From assembly GCA_038087875.1 (NCBI GenBank), contig JAXLNO010000708.1:1-64000 (forward strand): a stretch of 64,000 nt of DNA, written 5' to 3'. The position numbers were made by a program, and so were the translations under genes. Below are positions 12,609-23,704 of the stretch, one piece after another (the stretch's first letter is position 1; every line of letters begins with the position of its first letter). The notes below the pieces were generated by a model. That model had not been told where the DNA came from, searched no databases, and saw nothing but the letters and a program-made list of their open reading frames with translations. The DNA is from Malacoraja senta. Taxonomy: Eukaryota.

Positions 12609-15585
12609 CAGGGGTTCTCAACCAGGGGGGAATTCCCCCCAGGGGGAATTTCAGGTTTTCAGGGGGGGGAATTGGGACCACAGATTAGCAAACTCAAACT
12701 GTTAGAATGTTGATCTTTTTATTGCCTTTGAGCTCCCCAGGGCACCACAAAATTCAGTATGCATCGGTTACCTGCTGCAAGCAGCCTATCAAACCGTTCA
12801 CCACAAGTTCCTGAACCGTAAGGATCAAAATAGATTACCCATAGACAGGGCTGCCACAAAGGAAAGACATAGGCGCCACCGAGTGGTCCGTCTGCAAGTA
12901 CCCTTACGAAAGCTTACGCTTTGCTTAGAGTCCTAGACCTAGCCTCCTGTCACGAGTACCCCCACCCCCTAGACCCCCTTACCCCTCGGTGAAGCGACGC
13001 CGCTGCACCCCTGCCGGGCCCCCACTCTCGCAGATGACGTGTGACTCATACTTCAATGCTTGCAGTTCTGAGCAGTCTTCAATGATCCGCGCTACTGAGA
13101 GGTCACGCCGGGTTTTCTCTCCGTTAGCACCTGTGTTTTTGCCACTTTTTGTGAGTATTTTGTTGGTTTCACACTCACATTGGTGACTGTGCTTCTCTAG
13201 TTTTTGTGGTGTTAACGTGGACCATAATCTCCCATATTTGTGCATTTCACACTTTTTTTTTTGTGTGCGTCTGGCATTATTTACTTCTTAATGCCAGCCA
13301 TGTTGCTGATTAAATAAAAAATAAAGATAAATATTTCACTTTTTATCTGTGAAAATATCCATTTATAATTTTGACTTTTTCTTGTTTTTATTTACAGAAT
13401 TTGGAGCCCATCATGAGTGTCAAAAAAAGAGGGTACGATCATTCATATATTGAATATGGATTCACATCCATCATCATCAATGGAGAAGAAAGGCCTCAAT
13501 GTGTTATTTGTAGTAAAGCTTTGACAAATGATTCTATGAAACCAACAAAGTTGAAGCAACATTTGCAGAATGTTCATCCTCAACACAAGGACAAGGACAA
13601 AAACTTTTTTGAACGTCATGGGAATGCTCTCAAAAAGATGAAGCTGGATTCAACAGGGGCATTCAAAGAAACAAACCAAAAGGTTACTGAAGCTTCTTAT
13701 GTCGTAGCACTGGAGATAGCAAAGCAGAAAAAAACAGATACAATTGGGGAAAATTTGATCAAACCTTGCTCTCTCAAAATGGTGGAAATTGTGTTGGGAA
13801 ATGGATTGGAGAAAAAACTTGCAGCGGTTCCACTATCAAACAGTACTGTTCAAAGGAGGATCAGCGATATGGCCATTGACATCAAGGATCAAGTTGTGCA
13901 GGAGATCAAGTCTTCAGCATTTGGCTTATTTTCAATTCAACTTGATGAATCGACTGATGTGGCATCGTGTTCCCAGTTGATGGTGTTAGCAAGGTATGTT
14001 CACTCAGGTTCATTTAAAGAGGAGTTTCTCTTTTGTTCTCCTCTTGAAACAACTACCAAGGCCTCGGATATTTTGGAAAAGGTTTCATCTTTCTTTGAAT
14101 CAGAAAATCTTTTGTGGGATAATATCTGTGGGTGCTGTACAGATGGAGCACCAGCTATGTTGGGGACAAAATCAGGATTTCAAGTTTGTGTGAAAAAGAG
14201 AGCTCCAAAAGTGAAAGACATTCATTGTATGATCCATCGTCAGGCACTGGCCTCAAAAACACTTCCAGCTACGGAAGGTTTTGGATCAAACAATTCAAAT
14301 TGTGAATTTTGTCAAAGGAGGAGCTCTCAACTCACGACTTTTCAAGCAGTTATGTACCGACATGGATGCAGCCCATCATTTGCTTCTTTTCCACACAAAT
14401 GTTCGATGGCTGTCAAGAGGAAATGTAACTGAGCGAATATTTGAGCTTAGAGATGAGCTCAAATTATTTTTTGAAGTTCAGGGTAAGATGGAATTTTTTG
14501 CCTGGCTGGATGATGAGGAATGGATCATGCGCCTTGCCTATTTGGTTGATATTTTTGAGCAGCTGCATAAACTGAATCTTCAGATGCAAGGAAGGAATAC
14601 AAACATCATAACATTCATGGATGCCTTGAAAGCTTTCATGAGCAAGCTGGAAAATTGGAAGAGAAAGGTCAATATAAAAAATGTTGCAATGTTTGAGAAA
14701 ATGTCATCCGTTCTTGTTGGTGGTGGTGAAGACAAGGTGCTTCCACAATTTGCAAAAAATGAAATTTTGCAGCATTTGACAACACTGGGAAATGAATTCA
14801 GCCGATATTTTCCTGAACTCAGTGATGATGAGTTGGATTTAGAGCAAAATCCATTCAAATTGTCAGTTGAAAAAGTTCCTGATGATTGTCAAGATGAATT
14901 TCTGGAGCTGAAAACTGATTCGGGAGCAAGAGATATGTTCGATGAGAAATCAATCACAGAATGTTGGCCCTTGATGTGCGATTCCTACCCAAAAGTGGCA
15001 GAAAGAGCTATCCGTGCATTGCTTCCGTTTGTGTCGACATATCTTTGTGAGTCAGGCTTTTCAACTCTGTTGCAAATTAAAACGAAGCAACGTAGTAGAT
15101 TAGAGGTAGAAAATGACCTGCCTTGTGCCCTTTCAAGCACTCCTCCGCGTATCCCAGAATTGGCGAAGAAAAAACAATCACAGGTTTCTCATTGACTGTA
15201 ATCTTCATCTGAATAAAATTAATTACAAATTTACAATATCCTGGTATTCTATTGAACTTTTTGTTTATTGCATTATGCTTCAGTTTGGTCTGTTAAATAA
15301 TTCATTATAAATATAAAAAAAACAATTTTACTTTTATTCAAGTTTTATAAATCCATCAACATGTTCAATTGGCATTTAATTTGTAAAACTCCACTATAAA
15401 AATAATCCATGTAAAATTGTAAATGTATATGTACTAATATGGAAAAAATAAAGGATTTTCAGTATTATATGCATATTATTTGGAATGCACTTTTTGAGGC
15501 AGACAATCTTGGAAAGGAGGGGGGGAATGACATTCTGACATACGGTGAAAGGGGTGCATGGGGCAAACAAGGTTGAGAACCACTG
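12609..15585 (+). mobile_element. full-length hAT transposon, Buster/Charlie group
   Basis: TIRs CAGGGGTTCTCAACC / GGTTGAGAACCACTG (14/15 match); 8-bp TSD GTTTAGAG at 12601-12608 and 15586-15593 with central TA; inserted into a CR1 3' end. Confidence 0.95.
13413..15195 (+). pseudogene. hAT (Buster/ZBED5-ZBED8-like) transposase with one frameshift near 14270
   Basis: BED finger PQCVIC...LKQHLQNVHP; SIQLDESTD, CTDGAPAM, HCMIHRQAL, VRWLSRG, TYLCESGFS; two overlapping ORFs 13371-14432 and 14281-15195. Confidence 0.92.
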
Positions 15586-17367
15586 GTTTAGAGGGATAAT
15601 TTTCATAGGCATCTTTATTGGCATGCACAAGTTGGGCTGAAGGGTCTGTTTCCATGCTGTATACCTCCATGAATCTATGAGTCAGCCACTTGACCATCTC
15701 TAAATCTAATCATTTAATTTTTATGCTGGCAAACTTTCAGTTGCCAAGGACCTAAGGTCAAGAATTCCCCACCAAACCTTTTTACCCTCTTTCACATTTC
15801 CCTCCTTTCTAGCGTTCCCTGTATCTTGATCGTTTAGCCTTGTTAAGTAAGGTTTTTAATGGAGTATTAAACACTAATCTCTAAACAAATCTCTAGCTAC
15901 AAATACAATTTTAAATTAACTTGCTACTCTAGCTACTAAATACAAATGTATGTTTGGAGTTTGACTCTCCGCAAAATGCTTTAAAAAGTTACTTCAAAGA
16001 TTAGATTTTATCATAACTTATTTTGTAACACTAAATTAGCAAATAAACTCTAAGGGAATAACAAGGTCAAACTACCTTTTTCAAGAAACTAACAGTGAAA
16101 CAGCAAAAGCCATTTTGTAGTTCGGGGTATATTCAAAGCTTTTGGACAATGTCTGTATTCACAATGTATTCACAACTATCTCCATTTGGCAGCAAAACTG
16201 GACCTATTTTCAGATTTTCAAACCGATTAGAAACTCTAACTGGATTTCTTCTTCAGGTGCATTAAAGATAAAATTATCCACTAAAATTCTTAACAAACGG
16301 CACCTAACAAGGAAGAATGAAGACAGAACAGTCACAACAAATACCTTCTCGCTCTTTTAATCCAATGCCGGTCCAAAGAATTTACTAATTTTTACCAGTT
16401 CAGCAATGTTGGATGAATTATGATATGAGATGTAATGAGAAGAAAAACACTGTGCTGAATGATGACGAATGATCCACATAACATACACACAAAATGCTGG
16501 AGTAACTCAGTGGGACAGGCAGCAATTCTGGAAAGAAGGAATGTGTTCCTTCTCTCCAGATGAGCTGCCTGTCCCGCTGAGTTACACCAGCATTTTGTGT
16601 CTATCTTTGGTTTAAACCAGCATCTGCAGTTCCTTCATACACAGATTAATATTTCAAAAGCATAGCAGCTTCATGCAATTAAAAAATGATTGTCTGTTTG
16701 GGAAACATTGAGTAAATGATTAGCAGAACAAAGCAATTTTAACCATATGAATTACCGATATTTTTATTTGAGAAAAAATGGAGATTCCATATTGTCAATT
16801 ATATTTAATATTTTTTGAGATCTACATAGCCTATAGTCTGACAGCAACTAAGTACAAGTCTCAAAGGATTTCAAACATAAATAGAATTTGACACAGCTTC
16901 AACAAACAGTTACTGTCACTGAACAGTTGAGTACATGTCCACAGAAGCAAAACATAACCTCAGCTGTCAGTCTGTGGCCTAAGGAAATATTGCTTGCTTC
17001 AGTACAACTACATATGTCCGTATTTGAAAGGTCAGGATAAGATCAACTTCCACCACTCAAGCAAAATAAATATTGGTAAAGGACAAGGTTGAGACAAGTT
17101 CATAACATTTTGCTAGCATGTAAGTTAATTGGACAATCTATTAAACTGGAAATAGGCACATGGATATGCAGGCAATGGAGGAATATGATCACGTGCAGGC
17201 AGAGGAGATTAGTTCAATTTAGCATCATCACGGACATTGTGGGCTGAAGGGCCTGTTCCCATGCTGTGCTGTTCTTTGTTGTAAATTGGCGGTGTTAGAT
17301 CAAGAAAAAATTCAATCTCTTTTTTGAACTTATTGTTAGGGTAAATCAAAGAACTAATACAATTCGA

Positions 17368-17530
17368 AGATGGACACAAAATGCTGGTGTCAGCATCTCT
17401 GTAGATGCTGACACCAGGATGCTGCCTGTCCTGCCAGCAGAACAGGCAGCACCTCTGGAGAGAAGGAATGGGTGATGTTTCGGGAGTAGACCCTTTGTCA
17501 GTCTTTTATTTTATTGTGTATAGTAAATCA
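17368..17530 (-). mobile_element. Penelope-type terminal repeat fragment; paralogous empty site of the Helitron at 3698
   Basis: GTCTTTTATTTTATTGTGTA|TAGTAAATC equals the two Helitron flanks joined. Confidence 0.7.
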
Positions 17531-19621
17531 GCCAGTATCTGACTAAGTTGCTGATACACCTCTATTATATCACGAGATGATAGCTATAGTCTGAAGATTC
17601 CATGTATTACTGAGATGTTCCTACAAAGTGTTGTGCACCCAATTGTAGACCTCCATCATTGCACTTATCACCAGCTCATCTGTAAGGTGCATATATTTGT
17701 TTTGCATGACATTAGCGTGGCCAATGGCCATGCGCTTTAGTACTTTAGCCTTTGTGCATGTGCACAAAGCATTGAAGGCCATGGAAGACTATTGGAAAAT
17801 AAATTAGTCCTAGAAAAATCCTGCAGTCACCATATTTAATCAAACCATACCTCTGTCACTGCTGAAATGAAATCAGCAAGAGCCACAAATGATTTTAATT
17901 CTGTTATCAGCTTCTACAAACTCCCAGGTTCGCCATTTTTGATTAACTGTATATTTTTGTCAATCGATGTTAAACACATCCAGGCTCAAGCATATTCTAT
18001 TTTAGCATTGGCCATTTAAATTGCATCATACAGATACATATAGCATCTACTGCATAGTTTGGAGGTGCAGAATCCATAAGGCAAAATAAACCACATTAGA
18101 AACCATTCAAATAAGTTTACATTCAATTTTATCATACCTACTATCATTGGGACATTAATTTTAGAGATTTTGGTATGCTGTACTTGCACGTACTGTCACA
18201 GAAAAAGTACCAGCTAGATCCAGGATGGTTTCTTTGTTGGTTGCTATCTCTTTTAAACCAATTTGTTTCTAGTTCTTGTTGTGGTTCCTGGCTATTCTGC
18301 TGTTGCATTTCCTTTCCCGAATTTGTGCATTATGATTAATGGGTATACTCTGCTAAAAGCTAATAGATTCCCTTCCATTCCACATGGATAATAGTATCTT
18401 GTAAAATTTTCAGTAACTCTGAATTTTTCACTTCTTATTGTATCACGTTTTACAAAATTGTGCATTCTGAAATATTGATGGAATATTATTGCAAATACAT
18501 TATTGCATTATATGAAATAAATTGCATGCACATGAGGCGAGTATTCGAAGCAAAAGCACTTTAGATATGCTGTTAATGGTTTTGTGAACGAGAAAGATCG
18601 GTAAGAACTGACAACCTTTCTCTGGAAATGCAAAAGCAGATTTCTGAAAAAAGGAAGTGTTTCTAAGTACAGTAAACCCTCATTTTAGACAATAGGTGCA
18701 GGATTAGGCCATTTGGCCCTTCGAGCCAGCACCGCCATTCAATGTGATCATGGCTGATCATCCACAATCAGTACCCCGTTCCTGCCTTCTCCCCATATCC
18801 CCTCACTCCGCCTTCTTTAAGAACCCTATCAAGCTCTCTCTTGAACGTATCCAGAGAACCTGCCTCCACCGCCCTCTGAGGCAGAGAATTCCACAGACTC
18901 ACAACTCTCAGTGTGAAAAAGTGTTTCCTCATTTCCGTTCTAAATGCCATACCCCTTATTCTTAAACTGTGGCCTCTGGTTCTGGACTCCCCCAACATCG
19001 GGAACATGTTTCCTGCCTCTAGCGTGTCCAAACCCTTAATAATCTTATATGTTTCAATAAGATCCCGTCTCATCCTTCTAAATTCCAGAGTATACAAGCC
19101 CAGCCGCTCCATTCTCTCAGCATATGACAGTCCCGCCATCCCGGGAATTAACCTTGTGAACCTACGCTGCACTCCCTCAATAGCAAGAATGTCCTTCCTC
19201 AAATTAGGGGACCAAAACTGCACACAATACTCCAGGTGTGGTCTCACTAGGGCCCTGTACAACTGCAGAATGACCTCTTTGCTTCTATACTCAACTCCTC
19301 TTGTTATGAAGGCCAATATGCCATTCGCTTTCTTCACTGCCTGCCGTACCTGCATGCTTACTTTCATTGACTGATGAACAAGGACCTCCAGATCCCGTTG
19401 CACTTCCCCTTTTCCCAACTTGACATCATTTACATAATAACCTGCCTTCCTGTTTTTGCTACCAAAGTGGATAACCTCACATTTATCCACATTAAACTGC
19501 ATCTGCCATGCATCTGCCCTCTCGCCCAACTAGTCCAAGTCACCCTGCATTCTCATAGCATCCTCCTCACAGTTCACACTGCCACCCAGCTTTGAGTCAT
19601 CTACAAATTTGCTAATGTTAC

Positions 19622-19800
19622 TGTTAGGTATGTGATAATTAGCATATGTAATTAGTATATGTGATGTCTTGTGATGTCTGGTGCAAGTACGCATGTGCAC
19701 GGGGAGACTCAGGGTGGCGTTCTGGAATAAAGACGTGTGTAAGATTACTCCCGTGTCTGAGCCTTATTGAAGTCTGTTCCAAGCATCCAAATACACAACA
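19622..19800 (+). repeat. 5' LTR
   Basis: TGTTAGGTATG...AATAAA...CACAACA; direct repeat of 23526-23704. Confidence 0.95.
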
Positions 19801-19802
19801 AT

Positions 19803-19815
19803 TGGCGACGAGGAT
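19803..19815 (+). promoter_or_regulatory. primer binding site complementary to the tRNA-Ser(GCT) 3' end
   Basis: TGGCGACGAGGAT, 2 nt after the LTR; reverse complement of ...ATCCTCGTCGCCA (vertebrate tRNA-Ser-GCT as recalled). Confidence 0.85.
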
Positions 19816-20932
19816 AAAAGAGCGAAAAGATAAGAACAAGGACAGCTAAGAAAATCGAAAACAAGTTAAAAATAGAGTTGTATTTGGGAACCAAAGTTGG
19901 AACAGCACCAAGCCAAAAGATTTGGTGCCAAATGGTTTTGGATTGGCGCCAAAAAGAAAAAAAAGGCCGGAACGGGAAGCAATATCTCAGGGAAGAGGTA
20001 GGAAAACAAGCAGGGCATTAAGGGCCACCGAGCACAGCTGGAAGCTAGGAGCCACGGTATCACCTTATCTGGAATGTATCCAGGGCTGTGCAGCCCTGTG
20101 AAAGGAAGTCCGGCCCCGAGCGAAGAGTGGGTACGAGCGAGAGAAGCAGGACACAGCACTCAAGCACTTCAGCCCGGTCGGGAGCAGAGTCAGCCCAGTC
20201 AGGGAAGAAAGCGGAGAAAGTCCAGTTGTGGGAGACGGCCGAGAGTGGAGAAAGCTGACCACGAGAGAGGCGCAGTCCCGACGCTTGGAGCAGCGGGGAC
20301 CAGCAGCAGAAAGGCAGCGACTCGCCTTTAGCCGAGCAGCGGGTCCAGTAGCAGCCGGGAGGGCTGTGGAGACAGCGGGCAGGCAAGTCGACTTAGCAGC
20401 AGCATCGGAGGTCCGGAGTGACCAGCGGTGTTTAAAAGTAACAGTGAAGCCCGGGGGAGCCAGCTAAAGCAGCAGTGGAGGTCCGGTGAGGCCATCAGTA
20501 GAAGTACCGGTGGGGACAGCTCGAGAGGTCGAGGATGCACCAGAGTCCACAGGCCACAAGCTGGAGCTGTGAAATCCTTCATAATAAAAGCCCTCTGTGA
20601 ATGTAATGCATTGTCACAGTAAAAGCAGGACTGTTGGATGTGTAATGCATTGGTCACTGTTATGAATAGTAAATGTGTGCATAGAAGGAAGATGTTTAAA
20701 ATGTTCTAGTTGCCTATTAACAGAAAATGTTGGCTAATAGTATAAATCTATTATTATAAGATTAAGTAATAGACAGTGATTGTTGCTAAAGCTAATTAAT
20801 ACAGAACTGTGTTAGCCTGGAAAAGTCCGTGTTTTGTCTGTTCAGGAGATATGTGTTTTATTACCTTGAGGTAATCAGTGTTTTGTCTGTACAGGAGCAC
20901 CTGAATAGGGCACCTGAATAGCAACAGGTAGC

Positions 20933-21259
20933 ATGGCTATTCAAATGGCTATTCCCCAGTTAGATTCTGGGTGTAATTTTGAGAAATGGATTGAAGTATT
21001 GGAGGCTTCGTTCATTTCCAATGATATCACTGCAGAGGAGAAGAAGAGAGCATGGTTCATATGCGGCTTTGGAAGAGAGGATTATCACACCTTACGTACG
21101 TTACTGCGGCCAGCAAAGCCCACGGATAAAACGTACGAGGAGTGTAAGGAGGTATTAATGGCTCATTTCTCGCCAAAACCTCCACGGGTATCCAGAGGCA
21201 AGGAGTCTGAACTAAAGAGGGCAGGGTCCCTCAAAGGACAACGGTCCAGGGCAAAGTGA
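20933..21259 (+). CDS. truncated Gypsy gag N-terminal domain
   Basis: FEKWIEVLEASFISNDI...KKRAWFICGFG...LRTLLRPAKPTDKTYEECKEVLMAHFSPKP, typical of the gag start in Mag-like Gypsy elements. Confidence 0.8.
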   Translation: MAIQMAIPQLDSGCNFEKWIEVLEASFISNDITAEEKKRAWFICGFGREDYHTLRTLLRPAKPTDKTYEECKEVLMAHFSPKPPRVSRGKESELKRAGSLKGQRSRAK

Positions 21260-21800
21260 CAAAAGTCAAGTGCCAAGTGACAAAAGTCAAGTGCAAAAGG
21301 ACAAAGGTCGTGCAAAAGGACAAACGTCAAGTGCAAAAGGACAAAGGTCAAGTGCAAAAGGACAAAGGTCAAGTGCAAAAGGATAAAGGTCAAGTGCAAA
21401 GGGACAAAGGTCAATTGCAAAAGGACAAAGGTCAAGTGCAAAAGGACAAACGTCAAGTGCAAAAGGACAAAGGTCAAGTGCAAAAGGACAAAGGCCAAGT
21501 GCAAAGGGACAAAGGTCAAGTGCAAAGGGACAAAGGTCAAGTGCAAAAGGACAAAAGTCAAGTGCAAAAGGACAAAGGTCAAGTGCAAAAGGACAAAGGT
21601 CAAGTGCAAAAGGACAAAGGTCAGGTGCAAAAGGACAAAGGTCAAGTGCAAAAGGACAAAGGTCAAGTGCAAAAGTACAAATGTCAAGTGCAAAAGGACA
21701 ATGGTCAAGTGCAAAGGGACCAAGGTCAAGTGCAAAGGGACAAAGGTCAAGTGCAAAGGGACAAAGGGAAAATGCAAAGTGACAGAAGTCAAAGGCAAAA
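21243..21800 (+). repeat. 21-bp minisatellite, about 26 copies, encoding (GQVQKDK)n
   Basis: GGTCAAGTGCAAAAGGACAAA unit; one unit near 21309 lacks 2 bp. Confidence 0.95.
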
Positions 21801-21804
21801 GGAA

Positions 21805-23010
21805 ATTGCCATCCAAAGGGCAACCCTAGCTATTCAAGCTGCATTCATGGGTATGAAGGTACAGAGAGAGATCCGGAACAAACAGAAGGCAGCAACGGTA
21901 ATACAAGCAGCATTTAGAATGCACAGAGTATACCGTCAATACAAGGCAATGAGATTGGCAGCTATAATGGTACAAAACCATTATAGGGCACACCTTCAAA
22001 TGGAAAGTGATCGCAAAACTTACAGAAAGGTACGCAGCAGCGTTGTGCTGCTTCAGGCTGCCTACAGAGGAATGCTTGTTCGAAGGCAATTGCGGTGCAT
22101 GCACAAATCTGCTAAGGTCATACAGACTTATTATCAGATGCATGAACAGCGTCAGTATTTCAAGAAACTATGCTGGTCTGCCATTGCGGTACAGCAAGGA
22201 TACCGAGCTTGCCAGATAAGAGATGTCCAAGTGAGACATTATAATAGTTTGAGAAAAGCAGTGGTTTGTATTCAGGCCTTATACCATGGGATTAAAGCCA
22301 GAGAATTGGTTGAGAAAATCAAGGCAGCACGCCATATTAAGTAATTCATAAGGATGTGCATTACAAGAAAGCATTTCTTGATGCAAAATGCGGCTGTAGT
22401 CACTCTGCAAGCTGCATACCGTGGTTACCGATTAAGGGTACGCTACCGAGCTATGCGACAAGTGTCATTTCGATCCAGAGATGGTACAAAGCATGCAAAA
22501 TAGGGCATTCCCAGTTTGTGCAATATCAGTCAATGAGGGATGCAACTATTACCATTCAGGCTGCCTACAAGAGTATGGTGGTTAGGCAGTGGGTTAAGCA
22601 AAAGAGAGCTACTGTAAAAGTGCAGTCAGTACTCCGTAGGAGTTGGTATAGGAAAGACTTAAGAAGACAAATAGAGGCACAACAGAAAAGGCTGAAACGA
22701 TACAAAAGGCTTAACGATATAGGAAAGACTTCCTCAAACTGAAATATACAACAATTGTAGTGCAGTCTCATTACCTTGCTTATGAAGCAAGAAAACTAAG
22801 CAGAGCAGAGATCAAAGCCAGTGTTGTATTGCAAAGACAATATAGATCTTACTTGACGAAGAACCAGAGATGTGACTTAAGTGGACAAGTAGATGAACAA
22901 CAGAAAAGGCTTAAACTATACAAAACTATACAAAAGGCTTAAACGATATAGGAAAGCCAGTGTTGTATTGCAAAGACAATATAGATCCTACTTCTTGATA
23001 AAGAACCAGA
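21805..23010 (+). pseudogene. ASPM: captured fragment of the ASPM IQ-repeat region (about 14 IQ motifs); stop at 22342, frameshift near 22458, rearranged 3' part
   Basis: IQAAFMG/IQAAFRM/VQNHYRA/LQAAYRG/IQTYYQM/VQQGYRA/IQALYHG spaced 23,23,27,23,23,27 aa; downstream IQRWYKA...TITIQAAY...[14 protein letters not shown] parallels the end of the vertebrate ASPM IQ array as recalled. Confidence 0.85.
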
Positions 23011-23289
23011 AAGGTGACTTAAGAAGACGAGTAGATGAACAACAGAAAATGCTTGAACGATGCAAGGAAAGGTTGACTAAATGTGTGACAATGAGTAGGA
23101 AGCTCCCAATAGAAAAGTCTAAAGAAGAGAGGCTTGTCGGTCAAGACATAAGTATGCAGGACCGATTGCAATTAGGACACTTCAGTATAGTCCAGCATGG
23201 AGCCTCCTTCACTGAGCAATGGACAAATGGTTATGCATTGCAGAATCTCATGAAACAACAAGAGCATATACCGTGCAGGTGAAATTGAC

Positions 23290-23525
23290 TTAAAAGGTAA
23301 GGAGTGCGGTGTATGTAATAGAAATGGTATTAGCCGCCTCCAAGTTAAAAGGGGGAGGAGTGCGGTGTATGTAATAGAAATGGTGTTACCTGCCTCTAAG
23401 TTAAAGGGGGAGGACTGTTGTGTATGTAATAGAAATGTTGTTACCTGCCTCCAAGTTAAAGGGGGAGGAGTGTTAGGTATGTAATAGAAATGGTGTTACC
23501 TGCCTCCAAGTTAAAGGGGGAGGAG
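23290..23525 (+). repeat. about 55-bp tandem array containing five polypurine tracts
   Basis: TTAAA(A)GGGGGAGGAG-like tracts near 23290, 23345, 23401, 23456 and 23511; the first four are followed by TG-starting LTR-like sequence and the last abuts the 3' LTR. Confidence 0.88.
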
Positions 23526-23704
23526 TTTTAGGTATGTGATAATTAGCATATGTAATTAGTATATGTGATGTCTTGTGATGTCTGGTGCAAGGACGCATGT
23601 GCACGGGGAGACTCAAGGTGGCATTCTGGATTAAAGACGTGTGGAAGATTACTCCCGTGTCCGAGCCTTATTGAAGTCTGTTCCAAGCATCCAAATACAC
23701 AACA
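23526..23704 (+). repeat. 3' LTR
   Basis: Direct repeat of 19622-19800 (initial TG mutated to TT), followed by the GTTAC TSD. Confidence 0.95.

Larger units (their letters stand above)
19622..23704 (+). mobile_element. non-autonomous Ty3/Gypsy LTR retrotransposon carrying a captured ASPM-like IQ-repeat fragment
   Basis: Two 179-bp LTRs (TG...CA; 7 differences by eye), 5-bp TSD GTTAC at 19617-19621 and 23705-23709, PBS, PPT, gag N-terminus, no RT or integrase core. Confidence 0.93.

Noticed and set aside
13371..15195. Domesticated ZBED5/ZBED8-type host gene
   Set aside because: Retains TIRs and a perfect TSD, sits in a CR1 remnant and is frameshifted, so it is a transposon copy.
21163..21823. 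Long minus-strand ORFs (LHLTFVL)n and (FALDLCP)n that look like membrane or Cys-rich proteins
   Set aside because: Antisense readings of the stop-free 21-bp minisatellite.
21256..23282. A genuine ASPM gene exon at this locus
   Set aside because: Enclosed by LTRs and a TSD inside a CR1, has a stop, a frameshift and rearrangements, and no other ASPM exons are visible in the window.
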